A DNA stretch of 64,000 bases from an uncultured Gemmatimonadales bacterium (GCA_963821525.1 CAWGED010000005.1:928001-992000); one strand, 5' to 3'. Shown: positions 45,034 through 55,675, counted from the first letter of the stretch. Numbers and translations are program-made. The notes: generated by a model not told the origin, from the sequence alone.

Positions 45034-46076
45034 AACGTCTTGCCTGTCTTGTCGCCGTCCTTGCAGCCATATCCGCCTGTGCCGATACCACCGCTCCGGC
45101 GCCGCCGGCCACCGAGGTTCTTCTGGTCGTGAACAGCACCGAGGTGAGCCTCAGCGTCGTCCCGGTGGATGACCCCGCCGCGGCAATCACGATCCCGCTC
45201 GGCGGTGTCAGTGCGACACCGGTCAACGTCAGCGCGCTCAACGGCGTTGCGATCGTGCCGATGGGGCTCGACAATGCGGTTGCCGTGGTGGATCTCATCA
45301 CCGGCACCGTGGCCCGCACGATTCCCCTCGAGGCGAATTCCGGCGCCACCGGCTCCGCCATCGTGGACGACTCGATCGCCTACGTGGCGAATCCCAATCT
45401 CAACACGGTCACCAAGGTCAATTATCTGACCGGCGACACCGCGAGCGTGGACGTTGGCGTGTACCCGCAAGGGGTGGTGTACACTCGCGGGCGTATCTTC
45501 GTGATCAACGGCAACCTGGTGAACTTTGCCGTGGCGGGTGAGAGCTGGATTACCGTCATCGATCCCACCACCAATGCGAGGGCTCCTGGCATCGATTCCA
45601 TCCCACTACCGGGGCCGGGCAATGCGGGACTTGGTGCCACGGTGTCTCCGGACGGATTGATCTACGTCATGAATACCGGTGGGTACGCCAGCGCGGACCG
45701 GGGACGCCTCTCGGTCATCGATCCGGTGGACCGTGTCGAGCTGGGCAACTTCGGTGGATTCGGCCGCGCTCCCGGCCCGCTCACCGCGATTACCGGCCGG
45801 GTATACATCAGCTCCTATGACGAAGGGGTCATGACCTTCGATACCCAGAACAGCCGTGTCCTCCACGGAGCGGGAGATGGGGTACCGATTCCGTCGAACT
45901 CCACGGTGCAGGTGGACAGCAAAGGCCGGATCTACGCCCTGGAGACTGGTCCCTGCGCCGGCGGCACGCCGGGAGTCGCCCACGTACTCCGTCAGGATCT
46001 AACCGAAAGCGGAACCATCACGCTGGGTGAATGCCCGGTCGGCGCCACCACGAGCCAGATTCCGCCCTCGCCCTAG
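45030..46076 (+). CDS. YncE-like beta-propeller lipoprotein (BtuG-like position)
   Basis: Lipobox ISAC, YVAN..NTV, VGVYPQG and VSVID-type repeats. Start overlaps the receptor stop. Confidence 0.75.
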   Translation: MKRLACLVAVLAAISACADTTAPAPPATEVLLVVNSTEVSLSVVPVDDPAAAITIPLGGVSATPVNVSALNGVAIVPMGLDNAVAVVDLITGTVARTIPLEANSGATGSAIVDDSIAYVANPNLNTVTKVNYLTGDTASVDVGVYPQGVVYTRGRIFVINGNLVNFAVAGESWITVIDPTTNARAPGIDSIPLPGPGNAGLGATVSPDGLIYVMNTGGYASADRGRLSVIDPVDRVELGNFGGFGRAPGPLTAITGRVYISSYDEGVMTFDTQNSRVLHGAGDGVPIPSNSTVQVDSKGRIYALETGPCAGGTPGVAHVLRQDLTESGTITLGECPVGATTSQIPPSP

Positions 46077-46115
46077 CGCGGGCGGGGGCGAGGCATCGGC
46101 TGTTAGTTTCCCTGC

Positions 46116-46878
46116 ATGCCTCTGGTCTCTACTCCCGCCGTGGTGCTTTCGACGATCCGCTACGGCGAGACCTCGAAAATCGTCCGGCTGGCTACCCGGG
46201 ACTACGGCGTGCAGTCGGTGATCGCCAAAGGCGCCCTGCGTCCCCGGAGCCGCTTCGGCGCCGCGATGCAGTTGTTGAGCCTGGGGCAGGCTCACATCAT
46301 CATCTCCGAGCGGCGCGATCTTCAGATCCTGACCGCCTTCGACCTGCAGCGGCTCCATGTCGCCTTGGCGCGGGACATGGACCGCTACGCCGCCGCGTCG
46401 GCGCTCGCCGAAGTGACGATGCGGTTTGCACCTGCAGATCCCCATCCCGAGATCTACCAGTTTCTCCAACTCGCCCTGGCGCAGCTGGAAGAGGCTCCCG
46501 AGCATGAGATCCCGGCGGTGGGGATCAAACTGCTTTGGGGTCTGGCCGGCATTCTTGGCTTCGCGCCTTCGCTCGAGGACTGTGCCCGCGACGGCGCTCC
46601 GGTCGGAGCCGAGGGACCCATGGCATTCAGCGCCGAGGACGGCGGCGCTCTTTGCGCCCGTTGTGCCGGAGAGACGACAGTCTGCCCGGCTCCCCGTATC
46701 GGATCGTGCGGACCTCGAGGTTCTGCTCTCGGACGAGGACGCCGTACCCAGCCTCGATGAACGCCACGCCGCCGCCCACCGCAGGCTGGTAACCCGATAC
46801 ATCAGGTATCACCTCGGCGAAGGTGCCGAGTTGCCCGGCCTCGAGTTCTGGTGTGCCCGGAGCTGGAGCGCCGCATGA
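46116..46878 (+). CDS. recO: DNA repair protein RecO (frameshift near 46680)
   Basis: YGETSKIV, AKGA.RPRSRF, GFAP.LEDCARDG, GG.LC..C. Confidence 0.93.
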
Positions 46879-48714
46879 TATCGGAACCGCTGGGCACATC
46901 GATCACGGCAAGACTACCCTGCTCGAAGCGCTCACCGGGCGCCGCATGGATCCTCTCGCGGAAGAACAGCGGCGTGGCATCACCCTCGACCTTCACTTCA
47001 CATCACTCGACCTGGGCGACGGAATCACCGCCGGGGTAGTGGATGTCCCAGGCCACGAGGATCTGGTGCGCACCATGGTTGCCGGCGCGGCCGGGATCGA
47101 CCTCGTCCTGCTCGTGGTAGCGGCGGATGAGGGCATCATGCCCCAGACCAGGGAACACCTGGCGGTCGTCCAACAACTCGGCATTCCAGCCGGCATTCCA
47201 GTGATCACCAAGGTGGATACGGTCGAACGCGAGTGGGCCGAGATGGTGGCACTCGAGGTGAGCGAGTGGCTTTCGGAGGGCCCGGTCTCCTTTTCTTCAC
47301 CGATACTTGTTTCGGCGACTCGTGGGTGATGGCATCACCGAGTTGCGCGAGCGGATCAGAGGAACTCGCGAAGGGTCTCCCGTCGCGTCCACTCGATGAC
47401 CTGTTTCGCCTTCCGATCGATCGCGCGCTCTCGGTTGCCGGTGTGGGAACCGTTGTGACAGGGACCGCATGGTCGGGGAGCCTCGCCCGGGGTGAGACGG
47501 TGCGCGTCCTTCCCTCCGGCCGTGTAGGCCGAGTGCGGACCATCCAGAACCACGGCAGCGATCTCGAGCGAAGCGTCCCGGGCGCCCGCACGGCGGTCGG
47601 CATTGCGGGAATCGAGCGCGAAGACATTCACCGGGGCGACGTGCTGGTCCGGGAAAATGAACCCTGGGCCGCGACGACAGTACTCGATGCCGTGGTGACC
47701 TTGATCCCGTCCGCGCCACGCCAACTCTCCCACCGTGGCAGGGTGCGGGTCCATCTGGGGTCTGCCGAGGTTCTGGCAAGGGTGCGTCTCAAGTCTCCCT
47801 TAGCTCCCGGGGCAAACGGGTGCGATTCGCCTGTTGCTGGAAACGCCCACGGTGGCGCGGGGAGGAGACCGGTTCGTGTTGCGCAGCTACAGTCCGGTGG
47901 AGACGATTGGAGGTGGATGGGTCACCGACCCTGATCCTCCCCGCCGCTCTTCGGCGCTCGAGCCCGGCCTGACGGAGCAGGACCCTGCGCGACGCGGGGA
48001 GGCGCTCGTGAGACGCAGGCCCGCCGGTCTCGAGAGTGGGCGACTTCCGCTCCTTCTTGGCATTACATCCGGCGCCTCCGGCCAGGTGGCGATCACGGGT
48101 GCGGCCCGGCTCCCGTCCAATTGGATCGTGCCGGAGGACCAACTCGAGCTGGTTCAGTCACAGTTGATGACTGCGGTCGCGAACTACCAACGCGGGCATC
48201 CTGCGGAGCAGGGAGCCCCTCAGGAAACGTTACGCCACGGCGTCCGGCAACCGCCGCACCTGGTGGATGCGGCGCTGCAACGGCTGGTGGCAGCGAAACG
48301 ACTCGTGGCCGCGGAGGGGTTCGTTCACACCCCCGACTTCAAGCCCGGAGTCGAGGGCGGGTCCGCCCTCATCGGTCGCCTGGTCGAGCTGGTACGAGCC
48401 GGAGGGTTGACCCCGCCGGATCTCGCCGAGTTGGAGCAAGCCGCCGGGGCGAAGGGGGTGCGGGACGCCCTGCGTCTCGCCGCGCGGAGCGGTGCGATCT
48501 CTCAAGTGGAGCCGGAGCGATACTACTCGGCGGAAGCTCTGGGACAGTTTCGCGCGGCCCTGCTTGAGCTCGGCTCCAAGGGTCCGATTACGCCACCGGC
48601 CCTCCGGGAGCGTCTGGGCCTGAGCCGGAAATACCTGATCCCCTTATTGGAGTGGGCTGATCGCGAACGAGTCACCGTCCGCTCGGGGACGCCCGCCGGC
48701 TGGTGGGCCAGTGA
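46875..48714 (+). CDS. selB: Selenocysteine-specific elongation factor SelB (several frameshifts; end inferred)
   Basis: IGTAGHIDHGKT, EEQRRGITLDL, DVPGHE, GIMPQTREH, GDRFVLR.YSP, LSRKYLIPLLE winged-helix C-terminus. Confidence 0.93.
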
Positions 48715-48778
48715 GCCCGCCTTGCCTGCGGTCTCCCAGCCGGACATTTTTGCCTGTAAAGCAATGATGAGGTGACCC

Positions 48779-49198
48779 ATGGTCAGTTTGCGCTGGCCGG
48801 GGTGGAGCCTTGCAATCCTGGCGCTGGCAACTAGTCCAATAGCCGCCCAGGAGCGCGGCCCACCGCCGCCCATAGAGCTGCGTGACAATTTCCCAAATCC
48901 CTTTTTCCCTTCGACGACGATTCCGTTCGTCATTCATCCCGAAGTCTGTGAGCGAGGCCATCAGCCCCTGGTTAGTCTGAAGATCTACAACGTGCTGGTG
49001 CAGGCAGTGGCAGTACCGGTCTTACACAATCTGAACGGAGAACCAATAAACGATATCCATCTGAGCTGCGGGGCTTATGAGGCCTTTTGGGACGGGAAGT
49101 TTGCTGATGGCAAGCGTGAAGTGACGCCCGGGGTCTACTACGCACAGCTCTCGGTGGATGGCCAGAGGTTTACGCTAAAGCTGATCGCGAGGAAGTAG
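48779..49198 (+). CDS. Small exported protein: stand-alone FlgD-Ig / T9SS type-A sorting-like domain
   Basis: NFPNPF.PSTTI.F, SLKIYNVL, WDGK, GVYYAQL after a signal peptide. Confidence 0.7.
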   Translation: MVSLRWPGWSLAILALATSPIAAQERGPPPPIELRDNFPNPFFPSTTIPFVIHPEVCERGHQPLVSLKIYNVLVQAVAVPVLHNLNGEPINDIHLSCGAYEAFWDGKFADGKREVTPGVYYAQLSVDGQRFTLKLIARK

Positions 49199-49385
49199 CG
49201 GACGGGCGGACGAAAAGCGCGGACAAAAAGAGCGGACCGGCGGACGGACGGGCGAGGACGGACACACAGCGCGGCACGGCAGCGGAGGGTGGGCTTAGTC
49301 GTCGGCCAGCCCGGTCTCCGCCGCGGCCCTGGTCCGCTCAGTTAGTCCGCCGGTCCGCTCAGTTGGTCCGCTCCGTTCGCCCGCC
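49198..49385. repeat. Inverted (GCGGAC)-core repeat element
   Basis: Multiple gcggac on the left and multiple gtccgc on the right, upstream of clpB. Confidence 0.7.
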
Positions 49386-49454
49386 CTGTCAATTCGGCAG
49401 GGAAATCGGGTACACCGCTTGCGATCGCGGGGCCCGATAGAGAAAATCCCCCAA

Positions 49455-52086
49455 ATGATCCGACCTGAACGTCTGACCATGAAGGCCCAGGAGGCCTTCC
49501 GCGATGCCGGCGAGGATGCGCGCCGGCGGGGAAACCCCGTGTCAACGACGCCCATCTGCTGGCCGCGCTGCTGCCAGGATGAGGGGTCGTGCAGCCCTGC
49601 TCCAGAAGGCGGGGGTGAACGTCACGGCGCTGCGGGAGGAGGTCGAGCGGGAACTGGCCGGTTCCCACCGCAGGCCGGGGCGACCGCCGAGCCGACCCTG
49701 AGCCGGGAGCTCACCCGGGTCTTCGATCGCGCCGAGAAGGAGGCCAAGACGCTCGACGACGCCTACGTCTCGACCGAGCACCTGCTCCTGGCGCTGGTCG
49801 ATGAGAAGGGCACCACGGCCCGCGCGCTGCTCAGCGCGCAGGGGGTCACGGCCGAGGACGCTGCGGGACGCGCTCGAGGGGGTGCGGGGCGCCCACCGGG
49901 TGACCGACCAGTCCCCCGAGGAGAAGTACCAGTCGCTGGAGCGCTTCACGCGGAACCTCACCGAGCAGGCCCGCAAGGGAAAGCTGGATCCCGTCATCGG
50001 TCGTGACGAGGAGGTGCGCCGGGTGATGCAGGTGCTTTCCCGCCGCACCAAGAACAATCCGGTCCTGATCGGCGAGCCCGGCGTCGGCAAGACCGCGATC
50101 GTCGAAGGGCTGGCCCAGCGCATCGTCAACGGGGACGTGCCGGAGTCGCTGCGCAGCAAGCAGATCGTGGCGCTCGACATCGGCCTGCTGCTGGCCGGCG
50201 CCAAGTATCGTGGCGAATTCGAGGAGCGGCTCAAGTCGGTGGTCAAGGAGCTGACCGAGACCGAGGGGCGGTACATCGTCTTCATCGACGAGCTGCACAC
50301 GATCGTGGGCGCGGGGGCGGCGGAGGGGGCGGTGGATGCGAGCAACCTGCTCAAGCCGGCGCTCGCCCGGGGCGAGCTGCACGTGATCGGTGCCACCACG
50401 CTCGACGAATACCGGAAGCACGTCGAGAAGGATGCCGCGCTCGAGCGCCGCTTCCAGCCGGTCCTGGTCGGCGAGACCGAGCGTCGCGGACACCATCGCC
50501 ATTCTCCGCGGCCTCAAGGAGAAGTACGAGGTCCACCACGGCGTCCGGATCACCGACAACGCGCTGGTGGCCGCCGCGACGCTCTCGGACCGCTACATCG
50601 GCGACCGGTTCCTGCCCGACAAGGCGATCGATCTGGTGGACGAGGCGGCGAGCCGGCTGCGGATCGAGATCGACAGCGCTGCCCCAGGAGATCGACGAAG
50701 TCGAGCGCCGGATGGTGCAGCTCGAGATCGAGCGCCAGGCGTTGCTGAAGGAGAAGGACAAGGCCGCCGAAGAGCGCCGTCGAGCAGCGGTCGAGCAGGA
50801 GATCTGCGCGAGCTGCGCGAGAAGAGCGCGGGGATGAAGGCGCAGTGGCAGGCGGAGAAGAGCGCCATTCAGGAGATCCAGGCCGGAAGGCGGAACTGGA
50901 AACGTTGCGCACGGAAGTGGATCTGGCCACCCGGCGGGGAGACCTGCAGAAGGCGGCCGAGCTGCAGTACGGCCGCATTCCCGAGCTGGAGCGAGATCGG
51001 GGCCAGGACGAAGCCGCCTGCAGGAGGTGCAGCGGAAGGCCCGCTATCTCAAGGAGGAAGTGGACGCGGAGGATATCGCGGAGATCGTCGCCAAGTGGAC
51101 CGGCATTCCGGTGACCAAGATGCTGGAGTCGCGAGCGCGAGCGGCTGACCCGGCTGGAGGCAGGAGCTGCGCCGCCGCGTGGTCGGGCCAGGAGGCGGCG
51201 GTCAGCGCAGTGGCCAACGCGGTGCGGCGGAGCCGGGCGGGCCTGGGCAGATCCGAACCGGCCGACCGGCTCGTTCATCTTCCTCGGCCCCACCGGGGTC
51301 GGCAAGACGGAGACCGCGCGCGCCCTCGCCGAGTTCCTGTTCGACGACGAGCGCGCCATGGTGCGCCTGGACATGTCGGAGTACATGGAGAAGCATGCGG
51401 TGGCCCGGATGATCGGCGCGCCGCCCGGATATATCGGGTACGAAGAGGGGGGTCAGCTCACCGAGGCGGTGCGGCGCCGGCCCTACAGCGTCGTGCTGTT
51501 CGACGAGATCGAAAAGGCGCACCCCGACGTCTTCAACGTGCTGCTGCAGATCCTGGACGACGGGCGGCTCACCGACAGCCAGGGCCGGGTGGTGGACTTC
51601 CGGAACACGGTCATCATCATGACGTCGAATCTCGGGGGCCACCTCATCGTCGAGGCGGGCGATGTGCCGATGCGACGGCCTGGTCGCGGTCGAGCGGAGC
51701 GTGCTGGAGCGAGCTGCGGCAACACTTCCGGCCGGAGTTCCTCAACCGGGTCGACGAGATCATCGTCTTCCGCCCGCTGACCCGGGAGGATCTGGCGCAG
51801 ATCGTGGATCTGCAACTGACCGGGCTGGAGCGCTTGCTGGCGCAGCGGAAGATCGGGCTGGACGTGACGCCCGAGGCGCGGGAGCTGCTGGCGCATCCAG
51901 GGGTACGATCCGGTGTACGGCGCGCGGCCGCTCAAGCGGGTGATTCAGCGCCGGCTGCAGAATCCGATCGCCCTGGAGCTGCTCGAGGGCGACTATCCCG
52001 AGGGAGACACGATCATGGTGGATGTGCAGGGCGGAGCGCTCCGGTTCACCCGCAAGGGCCGGGCACCCGAGGCAGCGAGTGCGTGA
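49455..52086 (+). CDS. clpB: ATP-dependent chaperone ClpB (many frameshifts)
   Basis: [34 protein letters not shown], coiled-coil M domain (AAELQYG), [17 protein letters not shown]. Confidence 0.95.
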
Positions 52087-52554
52087 GTGGCCGCTCCGGC
52101 CGAAGATCGTGCCGGGCTGGAGCGGCGCTCGCCTGGCCGGGGCGGCGGTGCGCAGGAGGTGCCGGTCGGCGCTGTTATAGTGCCGGAGGGAGTGATTCTC
52201 GGCGAGGCTCACAACGAAACGGTCGCTCGGCGGGATCCGACCGCCCATGCCGAGTTTCTCGCGATTCAGCGCGCCCTCTCCCACACGGGCGAGGATCGTC
52301 TTCCCGGCGCCACGCTCTACATCACGCTTGAACCTTGCGCCCAGTGCGCCGGCGCCATCGTGCTCGCGAAGGTGGGTCGCGTGGTCTTCGGGGCGTGGGA
52401 CGAACGGGCCGGAATGGCGGGATCGGTCGACGACCTGCTGCGACATCCCAGGCTCAATCATCGGCCCGAGGTGAGGGGTGGAGTGATGGAGGAGGAATGC
52501 GGCGCGTTGCTGCGGCACTTCTTCGAACAGCAGCGTCGCGCTACCCCTGACTGA
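52087..52554 (+). CDS. tadA: tRNA adenosine(34) deaminase
   Basis: EVPVGAV, DPTAHAE, TLEPCAQCAGA, LNHRPEV. Confidence 0.92.
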   Translation: MAAPAEDRAGLERRSPGRGGGAQEVPVGAVIVPEGVILGEAHNETVARRDPTAHAEFLAIQRALSHTGEDRLPGATLYITLEPCAQCAGAIVLAKVGRVVFGAWDERAGMAGSVDDLLRHPRLNHRPEVRGGVMEEECGALLRHFFEQQRRATPD

Positions 52555-52562
52555 AGGGTTCC

Positions 52563-52597
52563 GTCATTGCGAGCCAGCGAAGCTGGCGAAGCAATCC
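52563..52597. repeat. REP-like palindrome GTCATTGCGAG..CGAAGCAATC
   Basis: Same GTCATTGCG...GCAATC framework as 4475-4522. Confidence 0.65.
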
Positions 52598-52617
52598 CAC
52601 CCGCCATCCATACCACG

Positions 52618-52678
52618 AAAAACGGAGGGAGGCGGCCCTGCACCAAGCTGTCAGAAGCAGTAGCCACCATCCCTCCGT
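52618..52678 (-). terminator. Intrinsic terminator after the SOD-fold gene trio
   Basis: Minus strand: acggaggga..tccctccgt stem followed by tttt. Confidence 0.7.
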
Positions 52679-52721
52679 CTATGGCGGCCGACCGCGCCCG
52701 TCATGCTTGCCCGAATTCGCC

Positions 52722-53240
52722 TTACGGCTTCGGCGCCGTCGTATCGCGCGCCGCCGGCGATGTCGTCTGACCCGAAGGCTCGAGCTTACCGCAGGCGATG
52801 ACCGCCCTGTCCGACTTCGACTTCAGGACGCTCACCGAATACTCTCCTCCCGCTTTGGGCTGGAAGGGAACATTGGCCCGTGCGGTACCACGGCCTTCGG
52901 CGTCCACCTTGATGGGCGGATAGGTGCCCTCGACCGACATCGCCTCGGTGCCGCAGCGGCCGGAGCCGATCTTCCAGGGATACTCACCCGGTGTGGCGCC
53001 GTTGATCGAGATGGCGGCCCACGATCCTCCGGTCGCCTTCGCGGTATCACCCGGCACCTTGGTGGTGTCCGGTTTCTGCATGCTCGGCGCAGCCGCATCG
53101 CTGACGTCTACCGTCGCCGTCCCGGTAATATTCGACCCACCGACCGAGCTGAGAGTCGCCATCCAGGTTGTGTTGAACGGCGTAGCCAGAGCCCATAGAA
53201 CACCGGCTCCGGCACAGAGCGTGAGTTTGCGTACCAACAT
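52722..53240 (-). CDS. Exported Cu/Zn-SOD-fold protein, paralog 1 (His ligands absent)
   Basis: W.A.L..VGGS.ITGTA, EYPWKIGSGRCG, YSVSVL, IACG. Paralog of the two genes upstream. Confidence 0.7.
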   Translation of the reverse strand: MLVRKLTLCAGAGVLWALATPFNTTWMATLSSVGGSNITGTATVDVSDAAAPSMQKPDTTKVPGDTAKATGGSWAAISINGATPGEYPWKIGSGRCGTEAMSVEGTYPPIKVDAEGRGTARANVPFQPKAGGEYSVSVLKSKSDRAVIACGKLEPSGQTTSPAARDTTAPKP

Positions 53241-53291
53241 GTGCTTCTCCGGCTGAGATGAGAGTCCCGTCAGGCCTTCCTGGCTACCCGC

Positions 53292-53832
53292 TTACGGCTT
53301 GGGTGCAGTCGTATCGCGCGGGGGCATTCTGCATCTGCTCGCCGCCGCCCTTCAGATCGCCGCAGGAAATGACGGCCTTGTCCGTCATGGACTTGTGCAC
53401 GTTCACCGAATAGTCGGTGCCGGGCGTCGGCTTGAAGCTGATGCTGGCCTGGGAAGTGCCCTTGCCATCCGCCGAGACCTTGATCGGTTTATACGGGCTT
53501 TCGCCGCCAACCGGGGGCCCTGCCGAGCCACACTTGCCCGTGTGTACATGCCAGGGATACTCGCCTTCTTTCGCTCCACTGATCGTGACGCTCGCCTTAG
53601 CGGTCTCGCCAGCGGGGGCCGGAGCGGCCTTCTTGGCGGAATCGTAGGCGCCCGCAGGCGGAGCCTGATCGGGTTTGGCCATGCCGGCGTCCGGAACGTC
53701 AACCGTCGCTGTCCCGCTGACGGCCGAGCCGCCGACGGGCGAGAGGGTGGCCGTCCAGCTGGTGGCGATGGGCTTGGCCAGCACGAACAGGAGTCCTACA
53801 CCTGCGCATAGCGTGAGTTTGCGTGACAGCAT
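53292..53832 (-). CDS. Exported Cu/Zn-SOD-fold protein, paralog 2 (HxH + H retained; extra base near 53328)
   Basis: EYPWHVHTGKCG, YSVNVHKS, ISCGDL. Stop inferred from paralog 3. Confidence 0.78.
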
Positions 53833-54019
53833 TTTCCTTCCTCCTACTGAGATTCTACGTTCACCTCAGGCACACACTCCGGGATTTACGCCTTCCTGGC
53901 CTGATGGGGCGGTGGCGGAGGAATGCGGCGCCTGCTCCTGCATTGCTTGAGCGCCGGCGTCACAAACCTCCGCCTGACATGAAGCGCGGGAGCGCCCCGC
54001 TCCCGGTCCTGCTACGCGC

Positions 54020-54553
54020 TTACGGCTTGGGTGCAGTCGTATCGCGCGGGGGCATCTGCATCTGGTCGCCACCACCCTGCAGATCGCCGCAGGAGATGAC
54101 TGCCTTGTCCTTGTTCTGCACGTTCACCGAATAGTCGGTGCCGGGCGTCGGCTTGAAGCCGATGTTGGCCTGCGCCGTGCCCTTGCCATCCGCCGAGACC
54201 TTGATCGGTGAATAGGCGCTCTCGGACCCTACGGCCGGCCCATTCGAGCCGCACTTGCCCGAGGTCACACGCCAGGGATACTCCCCTTCTTTCGCTCCAC
54301 TGATCGTGATGCTGGCGCGAGCCGATTCGCCGCCGGGGGCCGGAGTGGCCTTCTTGGCGGAATCGTAGGCGCCCGCAGGCGGAGCCTGATCGGGCTTGGC
54401 CATGCCGGCGTCTGGAACGTCAACCGTCGCCGTCCCGCTGACGGCCGAGCCGCCGACGGGGGAGAGGGTGGCCGTCCAGCTGGTAGCGATGGGCTTGGCC
54501 AGCGCGAACAGGAGTCCTACTCCTGCGCACAGCGTGAGTTTGCGTGACAGCAT
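54020..54553 (-). CDS. Exported Cu/Zn-SOD-fold protein, paralog 3 (His ligands absent)
   Basis: Closely similar to paralog 2 but has EYPWRVTSGKCG and YSVNVQ. Confidence 0.75.
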   Translation of the reverse strand: MLSRKLTLCAGVGLLFALAKPIATSWTATLSPVGGSAVSGTATVDVPDAGMAKPDQAPPAGAYDSAKKATPAPGGESARASITISGAKEGEYPWRVTSGKCGSNGPAVGSESAYSPIKVSADGKGTAQANIGFKPTPGTDYSVNVQNKDKAVISCGDLQGGGDQMQMPPRDTTAPKP

Positions 54554-54742
54554 TTTGCCTTCCTCCTGCTAGAGTATGGATCTGGAAGTCGAAGACTCCC
54601 GGTTCATGTCGTGGCGCGGGATCTGGTTCCGGCGGCCCCGCACCACCATTCCTGCCTGCCGCCGTAAGTGCCTGAGTACGAGTCGTACTCCTTCCTTGCC
54701 TCCGGCCGCCTGAAGGCGGCGGCGTCTTGCAGCGCCGGCCAC

Positions 54743-55174
54743 TCAGGCACTGGCGCTATCCTCCTCGGCGGGCATTGCCCGCAGCGAGCGTCCACCGACA
54801 CCACGGCGCCGGAACTGCTCGGCGAGACGAGTGTATTCGGTGCGGATCTTCTCCTGGGCATCCTCGTCCAGCTCCTCCAGGTCGAGCAACAGATTGCGCG
54901 CAGCGGGGAGCACCCGAATCAACTCGTCGAGCTTGATCTGGAGCGCCATCGTGTCCCGGTTCTGGGTGTTCTGAATCAGGAACACCATGAGGAACGTGAT
55001 GATCGTGGTTCCGGTGTTGATGACCAGCTGCCAGGTATCGCTGAACCCGAACAGCGGCCCGGTCACCGCCCAAATCAGCACGATGGTGACCGCGATACCG
55101 AATGCCACAGGCCGCCCAGTCCAGCGGGCGCCGTGTTTGGCGAATCGTCCAAACCACGTGTCGTTATCCGTCAT
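54743..55174 (-). CDS. Low-affinity iron permease (Fet4-like) family small membrane protein
   Basis: TGPLFGFSDTWQLVINTGTTIITFLMVFLIQNTQNRD..ALQIKLDELI. Confidence 0.93.
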   Translation of the reverse strand: MTDNDTWFGRFAKHGARWTGRPVAFGIAVTIVLIWAVTGPLFGFSDTWQLVINTGTTIITFLMVFLIQNTQNRDTMALQIKLDELIRVLPAARNLLLDLEELDEDAQEKIRTEYTRLAEQFRRRGVGGRSLRAMPAEEDSASA

Positions 55175-55216
55175 GGAATCCTCGGTGCCAGGAACCGGTT
55201 CCACCCGATTGCCGTC

Positions 55217-55444
55217 TTATCGACCCGCCTTGATGTCACGCTCCGTTTGATACTGCTCCCGAAATTCCTTCACCTGACGCTCGGCCTCTTCCTTGGCCTC
55301 ACCGTAATGAGTCTGGATCAAGCCGGTCAGGCGATCCCAGTTACCGCTCACGATGTCGAGCTGATCGTCGGTCAGCTGACCCCAACGCTGTTTGATCTTC
55401 CCTTTGAGTTGCTTCCAGGTGCCTTCGATCTGGTCCGAATTCAT
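55217..55444 (-). CDS. CsbD family general stress protein
   Basis: DQIEG.WKQLKGKIKQRWG.LTDD.L..G..D.L.G.IQ..YG..KEEAE. RBS GGGAG. Confidence 0.93.
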   Translation of the reverse strand: MNSDQIEGTWKQLKGKIKQRWGQLTDDQLDIVSGNWDRLTGLIQTHYGEAKEEAERQVKEFREQYQTERDIKAGR

Positions 55445-55512
55445 GCAATCGACTCCCTTCAAAGGATCACGGTGGATGTCCACCGATGTAATGCATTTGT
55501 TAACTGGCCAGA

Positions 55513-55626
55513 CAAATGAAATGGCGCGAACCCGTCCACCGACGGAATCCGCGCCTTCGACTGAAGGGGCCAACTCCCCTTCCGACCAGGCGGCTTGGCC
55601 CGATGCCAAGCCATCATTGTTCCAAC
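55513..55626 (-). ncRNA. Candidate structured leader RNA, copy A (upstream of csbD), with overlapping terminator-like hairpin
   Basis: Core 55547-55612 matches 56037-56101 with compensatory changes. Hairpin 55523-55555 is followed by AUUUCAUUUG. Confidence 0.65.
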
Positions 55627-55632
55627 GTTGAC

Positions 55633-55675
55633 AGTTTACCAAGCGGCGTGATCACTCGAAGTGCCGAGGATCACA
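55633..55675 (-). promoter_or_regulatory. Putative extended -10 promoter with CRP/FNR-like site centred at -41.5
   Basis: TGG-TAAACT at 55641-55633 and TGTGA-N6-GCACT at 55675-55660. Confidence 0.5.

Noticed and set aside
46875..48714. Selenoprotein (UGA read-through) near selB
   Set aside because: I found no gene with an in-frame TGA at a conserved Cys position, and selA, selC and selD are not in the window.
53292..54553. Diversity-generating retroelement TR/VR pair
   Set aside because: Differences between the paralogs are not adenine-specific, both are full ORFs, and there is no reverse transcriptase in the window.
55610..55626. c-di-GMP-II riboswitch (UUGGAACAAUGAUG resembles its 5' end)
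   Set aside because: The GGGCAC/GUGC pseudoknot and AACCG 3' elements are missing, and copy B does not keep this segment.
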